From NCBI RefSeq assembly GCF_006345805.1, contig NC_043003.1, positions 26,908,001 through 26,972,000 on the forward strand: 64,000 nucleotides of DNA, written 5' to 3'. A program made the position numbers and the translations under genes. The notes below the pieces were generated by a model. The model searched no databases. It saw only the letters and a program-made list of their open reading frames with translations, and had not been told where the DNA came from. Below are positions 39,952 through 52,894 of the stretch, piece by piece. The stretch comes from Octopus sinensis (Eukaryota). How positions within the stretch are numbered: position 1 is the first letter of the stretch; every line of letters begins with the position of its first letter.

Positions 39952-40278
39952 ACACATTCATACATATTTATATATTATGTATATATTTGATATATTTATG
40001 TGTGTGTGTGTGGGTCTTTGTGTCTGTGTTTGTTCCCCCACCCCCACCGCTTGACAACTGGTGTTGGTGTGTTTACATTCAGGTAACTTAGCGGCTCGAC
40101 ATTAGTGACCGACATAATAAGTACTAGATTTAAAAAAGAATCAGTCAGTCCTAGGGTCGATTTCTTCGAATAAAACACTTTAAGACGGTGCCCCAGCATG
40201 GCCACAGTCAAATGAGTGAAACACGTTAAAATAAAAGAATACATACATATATACGTATATAAAAAATAGCATTTATAC

Positions 40279-40309
<31 letters not shown>

Positions 40310-40930
40310 TGACATGTATTTGTGTACGCTTTTCTGTAAGCGTGTGTGTGTATATGTGTGTGATCGGTTTGTAAATGTGTGTGTAAATATATGTTTGTAT
40401 GTATGTGGTTGTTTTTGCGAATGTGAGAGATAGAGAAAGAGAGAGAGATAGAGAGACAGAGTGAGTGTGTGCGTGTACGTATGCGTGCGTGTGTGATACA
40501 GCTGATATGTCCTTATCAATGCGTGTGTTTCGTTTGTTTGTCTCCATGTCTCTCTGTGTCTGTGTGTTCGTCCCACAATGACGTGTCATGCGTAAAGACG
40601 GTTGCGTGACTAAGCGAAACCATAAACTAGAATTTCGATTCTCGTTACGCCTCATTGAAAACAAAAATGAATGAACATCACAACATCTACATTTCCTTTT
40701 CCCTTTGAGACTGGAGTTTTTTCTCTCTCTCCCTCCTCTCTCTCCCTCCCTGTCTCTCTCTAGAAGATAATAAAAATTCAAATAAATATGGTTTATACTT
40801 TTGTATGTGTGTGTGTATATATATATATATATATGCGTGTGTGTCGATTTTGGCTGGATTTGAACTCCGATCGTAAACAATGAAATAAATTCAGAGAAGA
40901 CTTTTGTTCGACGCGCTCTACAAATTCGTC

Positions 40931-40963
<33 letters not shown>

Positions 40964-41568
40964 AAGAGAGAGTATCGTTTTGTATGTATGTGTGTACGAG
41001 GCTGCCTGTATGTGTATGTCCATCGAAATGTTTGTGTATGCACACACACACACACAATTATAAATATATATATATACAAACACACTTATGTATACCTATA
41101 TTACATACATATACATACATGTGGATCTGTGTATGTGTGTGTGTGTGTGTGCCTGTGTTTGTATGAATGCGTGTTGGCGAATGTGTGCGTGTGTTTGGTT
41201 AAACATCTGTAAGTTTGTATATATTTTTGCCTGTGTCTGTGTGTTCGCTCTAACATCCGTGAACGTTCTTATGGCGATGTCTCTGTGTATGAGCACAAGC
41301 GCGCCTCTTGTATTGGTTGCGTTGCATAGATATCAGTATATTCTACCAGTGTGGTAAGTAGGTTGCTTACCAACCACATGGTTCCGGGTTCAATCCCACT
41401 GCGTAGCACCTTAGGCCAAATGTCTTCTACGCTAGCTTCGAGCCGACCAAAGCCTTGTGAGTAGATTTGGTAGACGGAAACTGAAAGAATCTCGTCGTAT
41501 ACATACATACATACATACATACATACATACATACATACATACATACATACATACATGCATGCATGCAT

Positions 41569-41610
<42 letters not shown>
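38020..41610. repeat. Dense compound microsatellite field upstream of the KLF promoter
   Basis: (TATG)n, (CA)n, (TA)n and (GA)n tracts, which produce many spurious ORFs. Confidence 0.85.
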
Positions 41611-41614
<4 letters not shown>

Positions 41615-41699
41615 TTGTGTCTGTGTTTGTCCCTCCATCATCGCTTGACAACTGATGTTGGTGTGTTTACGTCCCCGTAACTTGGCGATTCGACAAGAG

Positions 41700-42250
41700 A
41701 CTTTGCCTTTCATCCTTTCGGGGTCGATAAATTAAGTACCAGTTACGCCCTGGGGTCGATGTAATCGAGTTAATACCTTTGTCTGTTCTTGTTTGTACCC
41801 TCTATGTTTAGCCCCTTGTGGGCAGTAAAGAAATAAGAAACATTAGTACGCCGGGTAAAATGCTTAGCGGTATTTCGTCTGCCGTTACGTCTGAGTTCAA
41901 ATTCCGCCAAGGTCGACTTTGCCTTTCATCCTTTCGGGGTCGATAAATTAAGTACCAGTTACGCACTGGGGTCGATGTAATCGACTTAATCTCTTTGTCT
42001 GTCCTTGTTTGTACCCTCTATGTTTAGCCCTTTTGTGGGCAGTAAAGAAATAAGAAACGTTAAAACGCCAGGCGAAATATTTAGCGGTATTTCGTCTGTC
42101 TACGTTCTGAGTTCAAATTCCGCCGAGGTCGACTTAGACTTTCATCCCTTCGGAGTCGATAAATTAAGTGCCAGTTGCGTACTGGGGTCGATCTAATCGG
42201 TTTCCCCCACCTCCCTCAAAATTTCGGGCCTTGTGCCTAGAATAGAAGAG
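41700..42250 (+). mobile_element. Tandem Nin-SINE trimer
   Basis: Three consecutive CTTTCATCC..GGTCGATAAATTAAGT units. Confidence 0.75.
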
Positions 42251-44928
42251 AATATAAAAGAAAAAACAATACATAAAAGTTATTGTTAATCTAAGTCAAG
42301 AGAATCTGTGCTAATTTATATTCAATTTCTTTAAAAGAAAGAAATTTTTAGTCGAATGTGTCGACCCCAGGACTTATTCTTTTGTTTAAGCCTGGTACTT
42401 ATTTTATCAGTGACTTTTGCCAAATCGCTAAGTTACGGGGACATAAACACACCAACATCGGTTATCCAGCGATGGTGGAGTACAAATACAGATCAAAACA
42501 CACACACACGAGATGGGCTTCTTTCAGTTTCTGTCTACCAAATCCACTCACAAGGCATTGGCCGGCCCGAAGCTACAGTAGAAGACTCTTGCCCAAGGTG
42601 ACACGCAATGGGACTGAACTCTGAACTATATGGTTGGGAAGCAAGTTTCATACCACACAGCCTCGCCTGCGCCTATGTTTATCGTGTTTTTACCACAGCA
42701 AATCTATGAGAAGTGTTATCTCAGGACAACTATTGTACCAACTGACCTATCAACAATGTGTTTACATTAAGTATGATACATAGATTGCCATTTTAATTAT
42801 TTTTTTGAATACTGCCTCAATTGTGTACATCGTACAATACAGTATTTTGCTTTGCTGTATTTACTGTACTTGTATTTTCTCTGTTCTTTTATTCTTTTAC
42901 ACGTCTCTGCTCAAAGGCTGTGGCCATGTTGGAGCACCGCCAGTGTTATCACCTTTTCAATGGTCATTCTTATACGATTGGCTTTTGGTGAAGGAGAGAT
43001 TTCGAAACTGCCGCCCTCTTTTGAGTTTCTTGCTGTAATATAGGGTCATCTGGGACCTTGCTCAGCAAGAGGTCAACTTGTTTCTTGAAAAAAAATATCT
43101 ACCCCTACTCCATATAGACCTCTCACATGTTTTGGCAAGGCATTAAATAATTGTAGGCCCTTGAATCCCTAGCTATTACTGTACTAGGTTCTCGCTCTAG
43201 ACAGAATAGCTGAGTTCTTTGGAATGGTCCAAGTTGTATTAATATTTGGTTAATGCGACTTGCTTTGTTTTTAAATCACATTTTTATTTCCGCCTATTTC
43301 TCTCATTTCTGCTATATTTAAAATATTAATGATAATACAGATGTATAAACAGAAAAAAAATTAAAGAGTTTTGTAAGGTGTTATGGTTACGAGCCGCTCT
43401 TTCTCCACACTGAGGTTACAGCACTCGTACTACGGATATGTGATTAGAATTTCGCAGGAAAGAATTCAAGAAGGAATCTTCAAGCCAAACCAACCGGCAA
43501 AAGACTTAAGAGCAGAGCAAGAAGGAGCTGGTTGAATCATACCTATAGCCTCAGTTGGCTACGCTTGGGAATCCAGCCAGAAAGTGTAAAGCATGTTGCT
43601 TCTGACAGACTCAATGGAGAAAATTCTCGAGGAATCTAACCTCACAACTCTCCTAGGAATAGCGGGCAGAGAAGATGGATTGATGAATGATCAGATATCC
43701 GGAAAATTCACCTATCCGACAACACTCTGCTCCCAGTGGTGCCAGATAGAAAGGGGTTCACTGTATTATTATTAGTGTGTCTTAGCGCAGTGTTTGGGCT
43801 CAGTGAAGATATTGACGTTGCAAGCTGGAAAAAACTGGCTCTTACTCGGTAAGACTTTCGTTACAGTATAAGGTATTAACTTAGCTTAACTTCTTTGGGC
43901 ATAGCACCCTCTCTCACTATCCTACTAACACTTTCCCTGTTATCTTTCTGTACTTTCCTTGCAGTGTTATCAATGCACTGCAGGCGTAGGATACACGACG
44001 ATGACCAGTATATAGGTATGGCCTTCGTACAATCTTTTACGACACGTAGGTCGCGGTTTTCTGATTTTTTAAAACTTCACTATGGTATATTGAGGAAGGA
44101 TGAGGGGCCCAATTAGGACTTGTATAATCCACGAAGGGTCTAATGAATAGTTCGTTCACCATTGTTATTTTATTTTGTTGGTTTTGTACCCTTGTATTGG
44201 ATATATACATATAACGAAGCAGAGGGGAAAGGAAGGTATACAATTGCTATTCAAGATTACACGAGACTCAACGCTCTCAGTTCCGGCTCACAGTGAACTG
44301 CTTCCCAACTCGAACTGCCAATCACTCACAGTTCTCTGTTTTATAACAATGGGTCAGTTCACCTTTTAGTCGCTTGGCGGATGGTCGGAATCCTTCTACA
44401 ACAGTTGGCCAAATGCAGTACCAATGGTTACTCGACATATGTTCGTGTTTCGTTTTGCTTTCTTTACTCTCTCTTTCTCTCTTCTACATTTTGCTAAGAA
44501 GCTTGTCGAAGAAGCGCTGTGTATAACACCTAATATTGTTGCTAACTTTGTGTGTGTATGAATGAGTGTGGTATACTGCGGAGTGCGACGGTTGGTTGTA
44601 GATATTTGATTGTTTCCTGGTATTGTTGCCAAGAAGAGAGAAGCAGTGGAATTAGGGGGCGCTGTTTCAAATTTGTTTTGTGGTGTCGAGATGATTCTAA
44701 GGATATTTTAAGGGAAGTTGGTGAATGTAGTCAAGGAGCAAGCAGCATCTGGGGAATAACGAGAGGAAGTGACTTAAATATCGTCTGTGCAAGAAATTGC
44801 CTCTACATATTTTGATGGGGCGCATAATTGTATTCTCATTTGTTATATGTATACATGCATACACATCTACATGTATGTGTGTGTCTGTTTGTGTGTATAT
44901 ATGTATGTGAGCGTGTATATGTATGTAT

Positions 44929-45158
44929 ACTCTTTTTTTACTCTTTTACTTGTTTCAGTCATTTGACTGCGGCCATGCTGGAGCACCGCCTTTAGTCGAG
45001 CAACTCGACCCCGGGACTTATTCTTTTTGTAAGCCCAGTACTTATTCTATCGGTCTCTTTTTGCCGAACCGCTAAGTGACGGGGACGTAAACACACCAGC
45101 ATCGGTTGTCAAGCAATGCTAGGGGAACAAACACAGACACACAAACACACACACATAC

Positions 45159-45215
<57 letters not shown>

Positions 45216-45388
45216 ACATATATACGACAGGCTTCTTTCAGTTTCCGTCTACCAAATCCACTCACGAGGCTCTGGTCGGCCCGAGGCTATAGTAGAAGAC
45301 ACTTGCCCAAGGTGCCACGGCAGTGGGACTGAACCCGGAACCATGTGGACGGTAAACAAGCTACTTACCACACAGCCACTCCTGCGCC
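44929..45388 (-). mobile_element. Full-length CORE-like tRNA SINE with internal microsatellite
   Basis: Head GGCGCAGGAGTGGCTGTGTGGTAAG..GGTTCAGTCCC, body CCTTGGGCAAGTGTCTTCTAC and tail (AAAAGAGT)n. Flanked by an ~85-bp direct repeat. Confidence 0.85.
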
Positions 45389-45460
45389 TATATGTATACA
45401 TGCATACACATCCACATGTATGTGTGTGTCTGTTTGTGTGTATATATGTATGTGAGCGTG

Positions 45461-45492
<32 letters not shown>

Positions 45493-45954
45493 TGTATGTA
45501 TGTATGTATGTATGTAGGTGAAGGCGGGTATCCACTACAGCCCTTTTATCTATAGACAATAAGCCAGTCCTTTTTCTTAATGCTATGTTAATTTTGGAGA
45601 AATCTTTATCTTTCAGGCAATAGCTCCCTTCTCGTATGGGGTTGTTCTCAATTGCCATTTGTTAATTGTGACCTATTCCCCCCCTGAGGCAGAGATAATA
45701 TTAATAGATCAAAAATTTATATTGTACGGTATTTGATATACCTGTATTTCACTGTATATACACATACGTATAGATAAATCGATACATATATACATACTTA
45801 CAAACACATACACACGCACAAAAACACACACATATATTTGTAGATATGTAAATACATGGATTTATACATGCATGTATGTATGTATGTATGTATGTGTGGA
45901 TGCTTGTATGTATATATGTGTGCGTGTGTGTCTATACACACACACACACACTTA

Positions 45955-47744
45955 CAGAGTGTGCGGGCCGTTTGAGGACATTTAATTATCAATATATTAC
46001 TCTCGTTAAATCAATCAAAAGGCTTTTAATTCTATCAGCCACTCTCACCTCGTGGCATGAAATGCTAACTCAAAAAGAAGACATGCACTCATTGGTGAGG
46101 AATACAGCGATTGAGAAATTGTCAACATTCTAAATGTTGCAGAGTCCTTTGTATACAAAGTTTGGATAGAATTGGAAGTTTCTGACGGGAAAGTTTCAAC
46201 TGCAGCGAAGGAAAAAAAAAAAAAAAAAAAAAAAAGAACGAAAAGAAAAAAGAAAAAAAAAGGTTTAAATGTCCGGACACAATAAGGACATCTCAATTCA
46301 TCCAGTGGCTTAAAAACATCGATGGTGATCCCGGAAAATCAATGAGGGTCATCGCTAAAAGGACTCCAAGTGTCGAAGTGGACTGTCAGAACTGTGGCGC
46401 ATTAGGATATTCAATAAAAGTCGTATATACTGTGGAGAAGCCAACTCATGTCTTCTAAGATACAGGAAAACCTTTTGATCTTTGCTAAGCGGTTTACTTA
46501 AGATTAAAACCCTCACGAATATGGTATGATTTGGTTCTTCTCTGATGAGATAAACGACCAAACAAATGTTTAAAAGGAGAAATGTCCGATGGTTATGTGC
46601 ATATCTTTCTGATGTCCCCGGAGTGACGAACACTGAGTTTCCAAAAACTGTGATGGTTTTAGAAATGGTGAGCAACAAAGGTCAAGTCATGCCACCTCGC
46701 ATCTTGACACAGGAACTCAGAATTAATGCAGCTGGATACGTGGAGGTGCTTGAAGGATGCATTCCACAGTCGAATGCCAAATGTGTTTCAACAAGATTCA
46801 GTACTTTCTCATGAAGACCACATAACACAGGAATGAATGCCAGACAATCTTTACGATCATGTAATACCAAACTTGTGGCCTCCAGATTCACCAGATTTAT
46901 AGGCAATCGACTTGGCGTGTTGATGAAAGTGAACATAATCGACATTCACATAATACTCTAGGTTCACTGAAGGCTGCAGTTGTCTAGATCAGTGGTTCCA
47001 AAACTTATTCGAGTTTCCACCCCTTGGCACCAAGGCCACACTCCTAATGCCCTACCCAATACACCACCACAAACATAGACTATTTTCTGCATCAAATTCA
47101 AAATAACTATATTTCACAAACAAAACTGAAACTAATTTACTCATTATTTTGTTTTTACAACCATCGCCCCACTTTTGGCCACCCCATTATCGCCCCCCAC
47201 TTCCCTTCAGCATGATTCCAAATCTTTCCGCCGTCCCAAGAGGTGGCAGTACCACCCACTTTGGGAACCACTGGTCTAGTTGATGTCTGAAATGAATAAG
47301 GACCATTTAGGGCAATCATGTTAACGATTCTGGTCCCGCATCGAAGCAGTCATCGAAGCTAAAGGCGGATTCATAGAGTAATCTAATAATATATCTTATC
47401 AAGAACATAAAGCGAGGAACTGGCAGAATCGTTAGCACGTCGGGCAAGATGCTTAGCGGCATTTCATCCGTCCGTATGCTCTGAGTTCAAATTCCATCAC
47501 GGTCGACTTTGCCTTTCATCCTTTCGGGATAGATAAAATAAGTACCATTTGAACACTGAGGTCAATGTAATCGACTATACCACACCTACCCCTAAATTTC
47601 AGGCTTTGTGCCTAGAGTAGAAAGGAATTTATCTTACTAAGAACATGTGCACACATTTTTGTTAAAATACATTTGGTTTTTGTCAGATTAGAGTTATTGT
47701 ATTAAATTATCAAATGTGTCCTGAAATACCTCTCGCACCCTCTG
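45955..47744 (+). mobile_element. Tc1/mariner (probably DD37D/maT) transposon fossil with nested insertions
   Basis: TIRs CAGAGTGTGCG..GAGGACA / TGTCC..CGCACCCTCTG and relic motifs WFFSDE, VMVLEMVSNKG and WPPDSPDL. Homologous to 59760-60909. Confidence 0.75.
46990..47273. mobile_element. hAT (Charlie-like) MITE
   Basis: TIRs CAGTGGTTCCAAAA / TTTGGGAACCACTG with an 8-bp TSD GTCTAGAT / GTCTAGTT. Confidence 0.8.
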
Positions 47745-47776
47745 TGTATGTTTGTGTGTGTGTATGTGTGTGGGGT

Positions 47777-47811
<35 letters not shown>

Positions 47812-48791
47812 ACACACACACACACATACACACACGCAAGGTAAACATGCACTGAGAGTTTTTTAGATCGTTTATTTTTAAAGACTTCACTGGTTTCCCA
47901 GGTTTTTCTGATTTTTAAAAGTTAGGTGAGATAGAAAGACGTGGGGGTATGTTGTAACTCTCTAGCTTCTTGTTCTTATGGAGTGAACATGGTTCAAATC
48001 AGTATCTGTTTAGGAAATCGGGTATCAGTATCAAATCAGTATCTATTTAGGAAATCGGGAAATATATGCCACGGAAATCGGGAAACCGGCCCTATGAATC
48101 TGTATGCCTCGGGAAAGATCTTTGCATATGAATATATATTAATTTGTGCATACTATTTAATGCAAAGGCATCACGGAAAGATAAATTACGTGTTGTAATC
48201 GTCAGGAGATGATATCTCTTATCGACGTATTGTGTTAAATATAATAAAACCACATCAGCAGCAGTTTAAAATCATCCAGTAGCGATAGCTGAAAAGAGAA
48301 TGTCAGATGCGGATTTCTGCTTCTATGGTCAACGACATGACAAGACCAAATCCGTCGCCTCTTATACGGGAAAACAGTGATTGAAAAATCACTGATGCTG
48401 CAATTTACCGGCCGGCAGAATAAAAATTGTTAGTGTGCAATAGAAGCGGTATTAGATTAATACAGCGATCTGTGAACTGCATTTAATGTAAATACATCAC
48501 GAAAAGCCAAATTAACAGCGGTATTTGTCCGAAAATAATATCTGCTACGGACGTATCGCATTAAATAATACACGTACAAACAGCTGGGAATGAGTTACTA
48601 CCCCAGTACTGGTACGCTGCTCCCTCTTTTTAGTTTTCGTTTCTTCAATGTTTCGCTGGTTCAAAATGGGGTGGGCCAAGAAAGTTTCCGCCTGCTTGTG
48701 GCTGCATAGGCACCTAAAACAATTAGCGCGTTGCCGGGTGTCACTTCATATTCTCTCGCACGTGACAGGTTAATATGCATATACGTGTACA

Positions 48792-48879
<88 letters not shown>

Positions 48880-48899
48880 CTACATCGTCGCATTCTCTT

Positions 48900-49560
48900 G
48901 AATTTCCTCGACATCTCGAAATCTTTTCGCTTTCAAGTGGGATTTGATTTTTGGAAAGAGGAATATGTTGGAAGGGGTGAGAGCTAGGGAATATGGTGGT
49001 TATCAGACCTGGGGAATATTGTGCTTGGCCAAAAACTGCCTCTACACAAGCTGTGTTGAATGGTATCATAGTGAAGTCGCCATTCCAATGAACAGCATCC
49101 CACAAATGCTGCAACATGTCCCAATGGTACTCCTTGTTTACTCTCTGTACTCACGGTGAACAATGCCCAAGTAACCGAAGAAAACGTCAACAGTGTCTTC
49201 ACATTGCTTTGGCTCATTTGTACTTTTTTCAGTCTTGGAGAAGTTGGGGTCTTCAGCTGCAAAAACTGAGCCTTGGTTTCAGGGAAATAGTCCCAGACCA
49301 CGATTCGTCAACACAAATGAGGAGGCCCTGCGCACCTGAAATCCGATCATCTCTGAAAGCAATTTTGGCACAAATATGGCAGACATACATCTTATTCCCA
49401 AATCTTCAATGAGAATGGACTAAACTGAACTGTAACTAATGTTCACGTCCTTCGACAACTCATGCACGGTGATTCGGCGGTCGTTCCGAAGAGCTGCACG
49501 CACATCCCCGATGTTTTCTTCAGTTCTACTCGTACAACTGATTGCGCTGGAAAGTAATAT
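48900..49560 (-). mobile_element. mariner transposase fragment
   Basis: Frameshifted relics of KTLLT.F, WRLHYD and PPYSP motifs. Confidence 0.55.
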
Positions 49561-50027
49561 AGGTGCTGTGCAATACTTTATCCATTCAAAACAAATTCAA
49601 GCTCAGGTACTTCGAAGCATTTGCATTGATTTACTGAGTTTAGGACGTGGTCGTATTCGGTCGGTAGCTGATTCCCTTTCACACAGAGACACATACACAT
49701 GCACACACCAAGAGCACCAGCCCCCTTTCACACGCACATACGTACTCTTTTACACACACGCGCACCTTCGTTTTTGGGATCACTATTACTTTGTTATCTC
49801 CCCTACTTCTTCGCTTTCCTGTATGACCCTACTGTCTGGCAGTTGCCATGATTGATCGGTAGCAATTACAACATTTTTTTCTCTCCTTGTTTCTTTCTGT
49901 GTTCCTTTCTGTGGAAGAGCGTAGGCTCGAAAGGTTAAAGACTTTTTCAATTTCCGAGCGTTATACTAATACATATGTTTGTTTTCTACACCACCTGTCT
50001 TCGTCTTTTGTTTTTTTCGTGAATTCT

Positions 50028-50068
<41 letters not shown>

Positions 50069-50200
50069 CATACATGCATATACATGTATATACACATGCA
50101 TACATACACACATACGCGCATACATACATACACATCCATTTGGATATATATACACATTTATATTTATATACATGTACATGTGTGTATATGTACATATATA

Positions 50201-50627
50201 CTGGGTCATCCCATAAATATTGCGGTTTTTTCAATTGCATGAGCTAAAAGTCGGAGGGGGGATGGGATAAACTACCTGCATCAACTTGCTATAAAAGCAG
50301 GTAGTACTTTTACCTTGTACTTATTCTCAGTGCAAGTTTTGAAGAGTGCAGTTCGATTTTAACAGTTATTTCTTCAATGCTATAATGGAAGTGACAAAGA
50401 GCATATTCAGCATATTTTGCTTTTTGAGTTCAACAAAGGTAACGGAACGGAAAGTGCGAGGAATATTAATGCAGTATATGGGGATTGAACAATAAGCGTA
50501 AGTCAGTGTCAATGGCGGTTCCAGAGGTTCTGAGCCGGAAACTACAGCCAGAAGGCTAGCCTCGTCCTGGAGGATCTGTTGAGCTCGACGAGGACGTCCT
50601 GCTAACCTTAGTGGAACAGAATCCCAT
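50201..50627 (+). mobile_element. mariner element 5' end, truncated at the gap
   Basis: TA plus CTGGGTCATCCCATAAAT TIR. Relic HTH ILLFEFNKG..ARNINAVYG..RFQRF..VELDEDVLLTLVEQNP. Confidence 0.75.
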
Positions 50628-50727
50628 NNNNNNNNNNNNNNNNNNNNNNNNNNNNNNNNNNNNNNNNNNNNNNNNNNNNNNNNNNNNNNNNNNNNNNNNN
50701 NNNNNNNNNNNNNNNNNNNNNNNNNNN
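50628..50727. other. Assembly gap
   Basis: 100 N. Confidence 1.
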
Positions 50728-51199
50728 TTTCGTTTTCAGCAGCCTCAGAAGCAACACGTATTTGTTCGTCTCCCCGTGCCTTGGCACAACTTCACAAGCC
50801 AGCCCCTACTCTAATCGTCCTGTCGAAAGAACCCTTGTCCTACGTCCTGGTTTTGTTTTGTTGTTTATTTTTTATTTTTAACCGTTATTGTTTTTACGTT
50901 TTTTGTATTCTTATTGGTGTCACGTATTCTGTATTTTGTTTGTGTACTTCGATCGTTTTCCGTCCTTTCGTTGTATACATTCGAAGCTTTCTTCCAGGGG
51001 ATCTAATGCGCTTGGCTTAGATTTCCTTGGCGGGCTGGCCATATCGGAGCAATCTCAAGATTAATCAGCCGAAATTGCTAAGATGATCTGGTTCTTGACT
51101 GATGACTGAGGGCTTCGAATGTCCCGTCCTGTGGTTCTTGTGTCGTCCTCTGTGGTGTTTCATGTTCTTGTCCATGTCTGTATTTAATTTTACTGTTTA

Positions 51200-51242
<43 letters not shown>

Positions 51243-51243
<1 letters not shown>

Positions 51244-51667
51244 CATTTGTCTTATGAAGAAAGGCTGAAGACGCTCGACCTTTATTCTCTAGAAAAACGA
51301 CGACGCCGTGGTGATCTCATTCTTGCTCACAACATCATAAGCGGTAAGTGTAACCTTTCGAAAGAGCTGTTCTCCACTCCTGCTCCAGAACGTCGGCTGC
51401 GGGGTCACTCCGAAAAGCTCTATCTGCGACGATTTCATCTCAATCGAAGGAGGGGGGCTTTCTCCGTCCGGGTTGCGGATCCGTGGAATAAGCTGCCGGA
51501 CGAGATAGTCAAGATGCCGACGACCGCTCGGTTCAAAGTCTCCCTTGACCACAAATGGCCTGAACTCTTTGCATGAACACCACCCGGTACATAACTCCAT
51601 GTCCCCCTACATGGCCTTCCTTTTTGCTTTTCGAGCCAAAAAATTAACCTAACTTAACTTAACTTAA
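51243..51667 (+). mobile_element. CR1 LINE 3' end
   Basis: YEERLKTLDLYSLEKRRRRGDLI...FSVRVADPWNKLP followed by an (AACTT)n tail. Confidence 0.85.
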
Positions 51668-52034
51668 TATTAGTATTGCCTTTTATGACAATATTATAAT
51701 TAGAATCAAAAGAGTGAATCCTGGTAACACCTATTACTACTTGGATGAATTTGTAAAGTTCCCTCACTGATACGCTCTAATTTATATTTTTTAAACACTC
51801 GATAAACAATTAACGATGTTTTCTATTGTTAGTCTCGTTGTCTCGTAGTATCGTAGCGATTCAAAACATTCTGGCTCAGATTTAGCTTCCTTTTCAGATA
51901 TGTAGCGGCAATTTGGGTTGTTGTAATGCTAGGCTGTGTTCCGGCCGTATCATTTTCTGCGTTCACAGCGCCATGTTGAGACGATAAGTACCTGCACGCA
52001 TGCGCTGTGTGTGTATATAAAGAGGCATGGCATA

Positions 52035-52167
52035 GATGCAGGTGCGGCTGTGTGCTAAGAGGCTTGCTTCCCAACCAGTTGGTATCTTGGGTGTCTTCTA
52101 CTATAGCCTTGCACCGACCAAAGCCATGCGAGTGAATTTGGTACACGGAAACTGAAAGAAGCCCGTC

Positions 52168-52228
<61 letters not shown>

Positions 52229-52445
52229 TGTTTGTGTGTGTGTTTGTGTCCGCGTTTGTCCCCCACCACCGCTTGACAACCGGTGTTGATGTGTTTACGT
52301 CTCCGTAATTTAGCGGTTCGGCATAAGAATCGATATATGTACCAGGCTAAAAAAAGGGGGTTAGTTTGTTCGGCTAATACCACTTAAAGCTTACGACAGC
52401 ATGGCCGCAGTCAAATGACTGAAAGAAGTAAAAATAAAAGAAAAA
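52035..52445 (+). mobile_element. CORE-like tRNA SINE
   Basis: Plus-strand copy ending CAGCATGGCCGCAGTCAAATGACTGAAAGAAGTAAAA. Confidence 0.75.
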
Positions 52446-52894
52446 GTTATACATACATAAATACACATACATACATACATACATACATACATACATACAT
52501 ACATACATTGTATACACACACATGCTGGTCGTTACTTCTTGTCAGAAGAATGTCATCTCTCCAACTGCACGATCATGCGCACGCGAATGGTTTTTCAGCC
52601 CAGTTTTCGTTCTGTGAGAACATTCGCTGACGTCACATTTAGTTGTCTTTCCAGAGCAAATGTACCGCGGTACACTTGGCCGTAGGACCAACTCACAAGC
52701 AAATCGATTATGTAACTATAAATAGCAAACAAAGTATGCTCTTGAGAGAACAGATCATCCGCAAACTTTGCATCTCAGTTTTTGCTGGGGGCGGGGTCCT
52801 ACGAGCACTAATGTGCGGCTTTCTGCCAATGACTCTCCGATAGCCATATTTTAATCTCCAACGTTTTACGGGTGCCCTTTATTACGTCATTAAA

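Noticed and set aside
38008-41713. Many long ORFs rich in YI, CV and HT
   Set aside because: Translations of dinucleotide and tetranucleotide microsatellites.
42960-44800. Non-microsatellite, moderately GC-rich stretch with short ORFs
   Set aside because: Probably decayed retroelement DNA, but no motif or terminus could be recognised.
51040-51130. GCAAT-CTCAAGA..CAGCC-GAAATTGC and CTGATGA words
   Set aside because: Possibly another eroded Penelope-type end, but the stems cannot be built, so it is not called.
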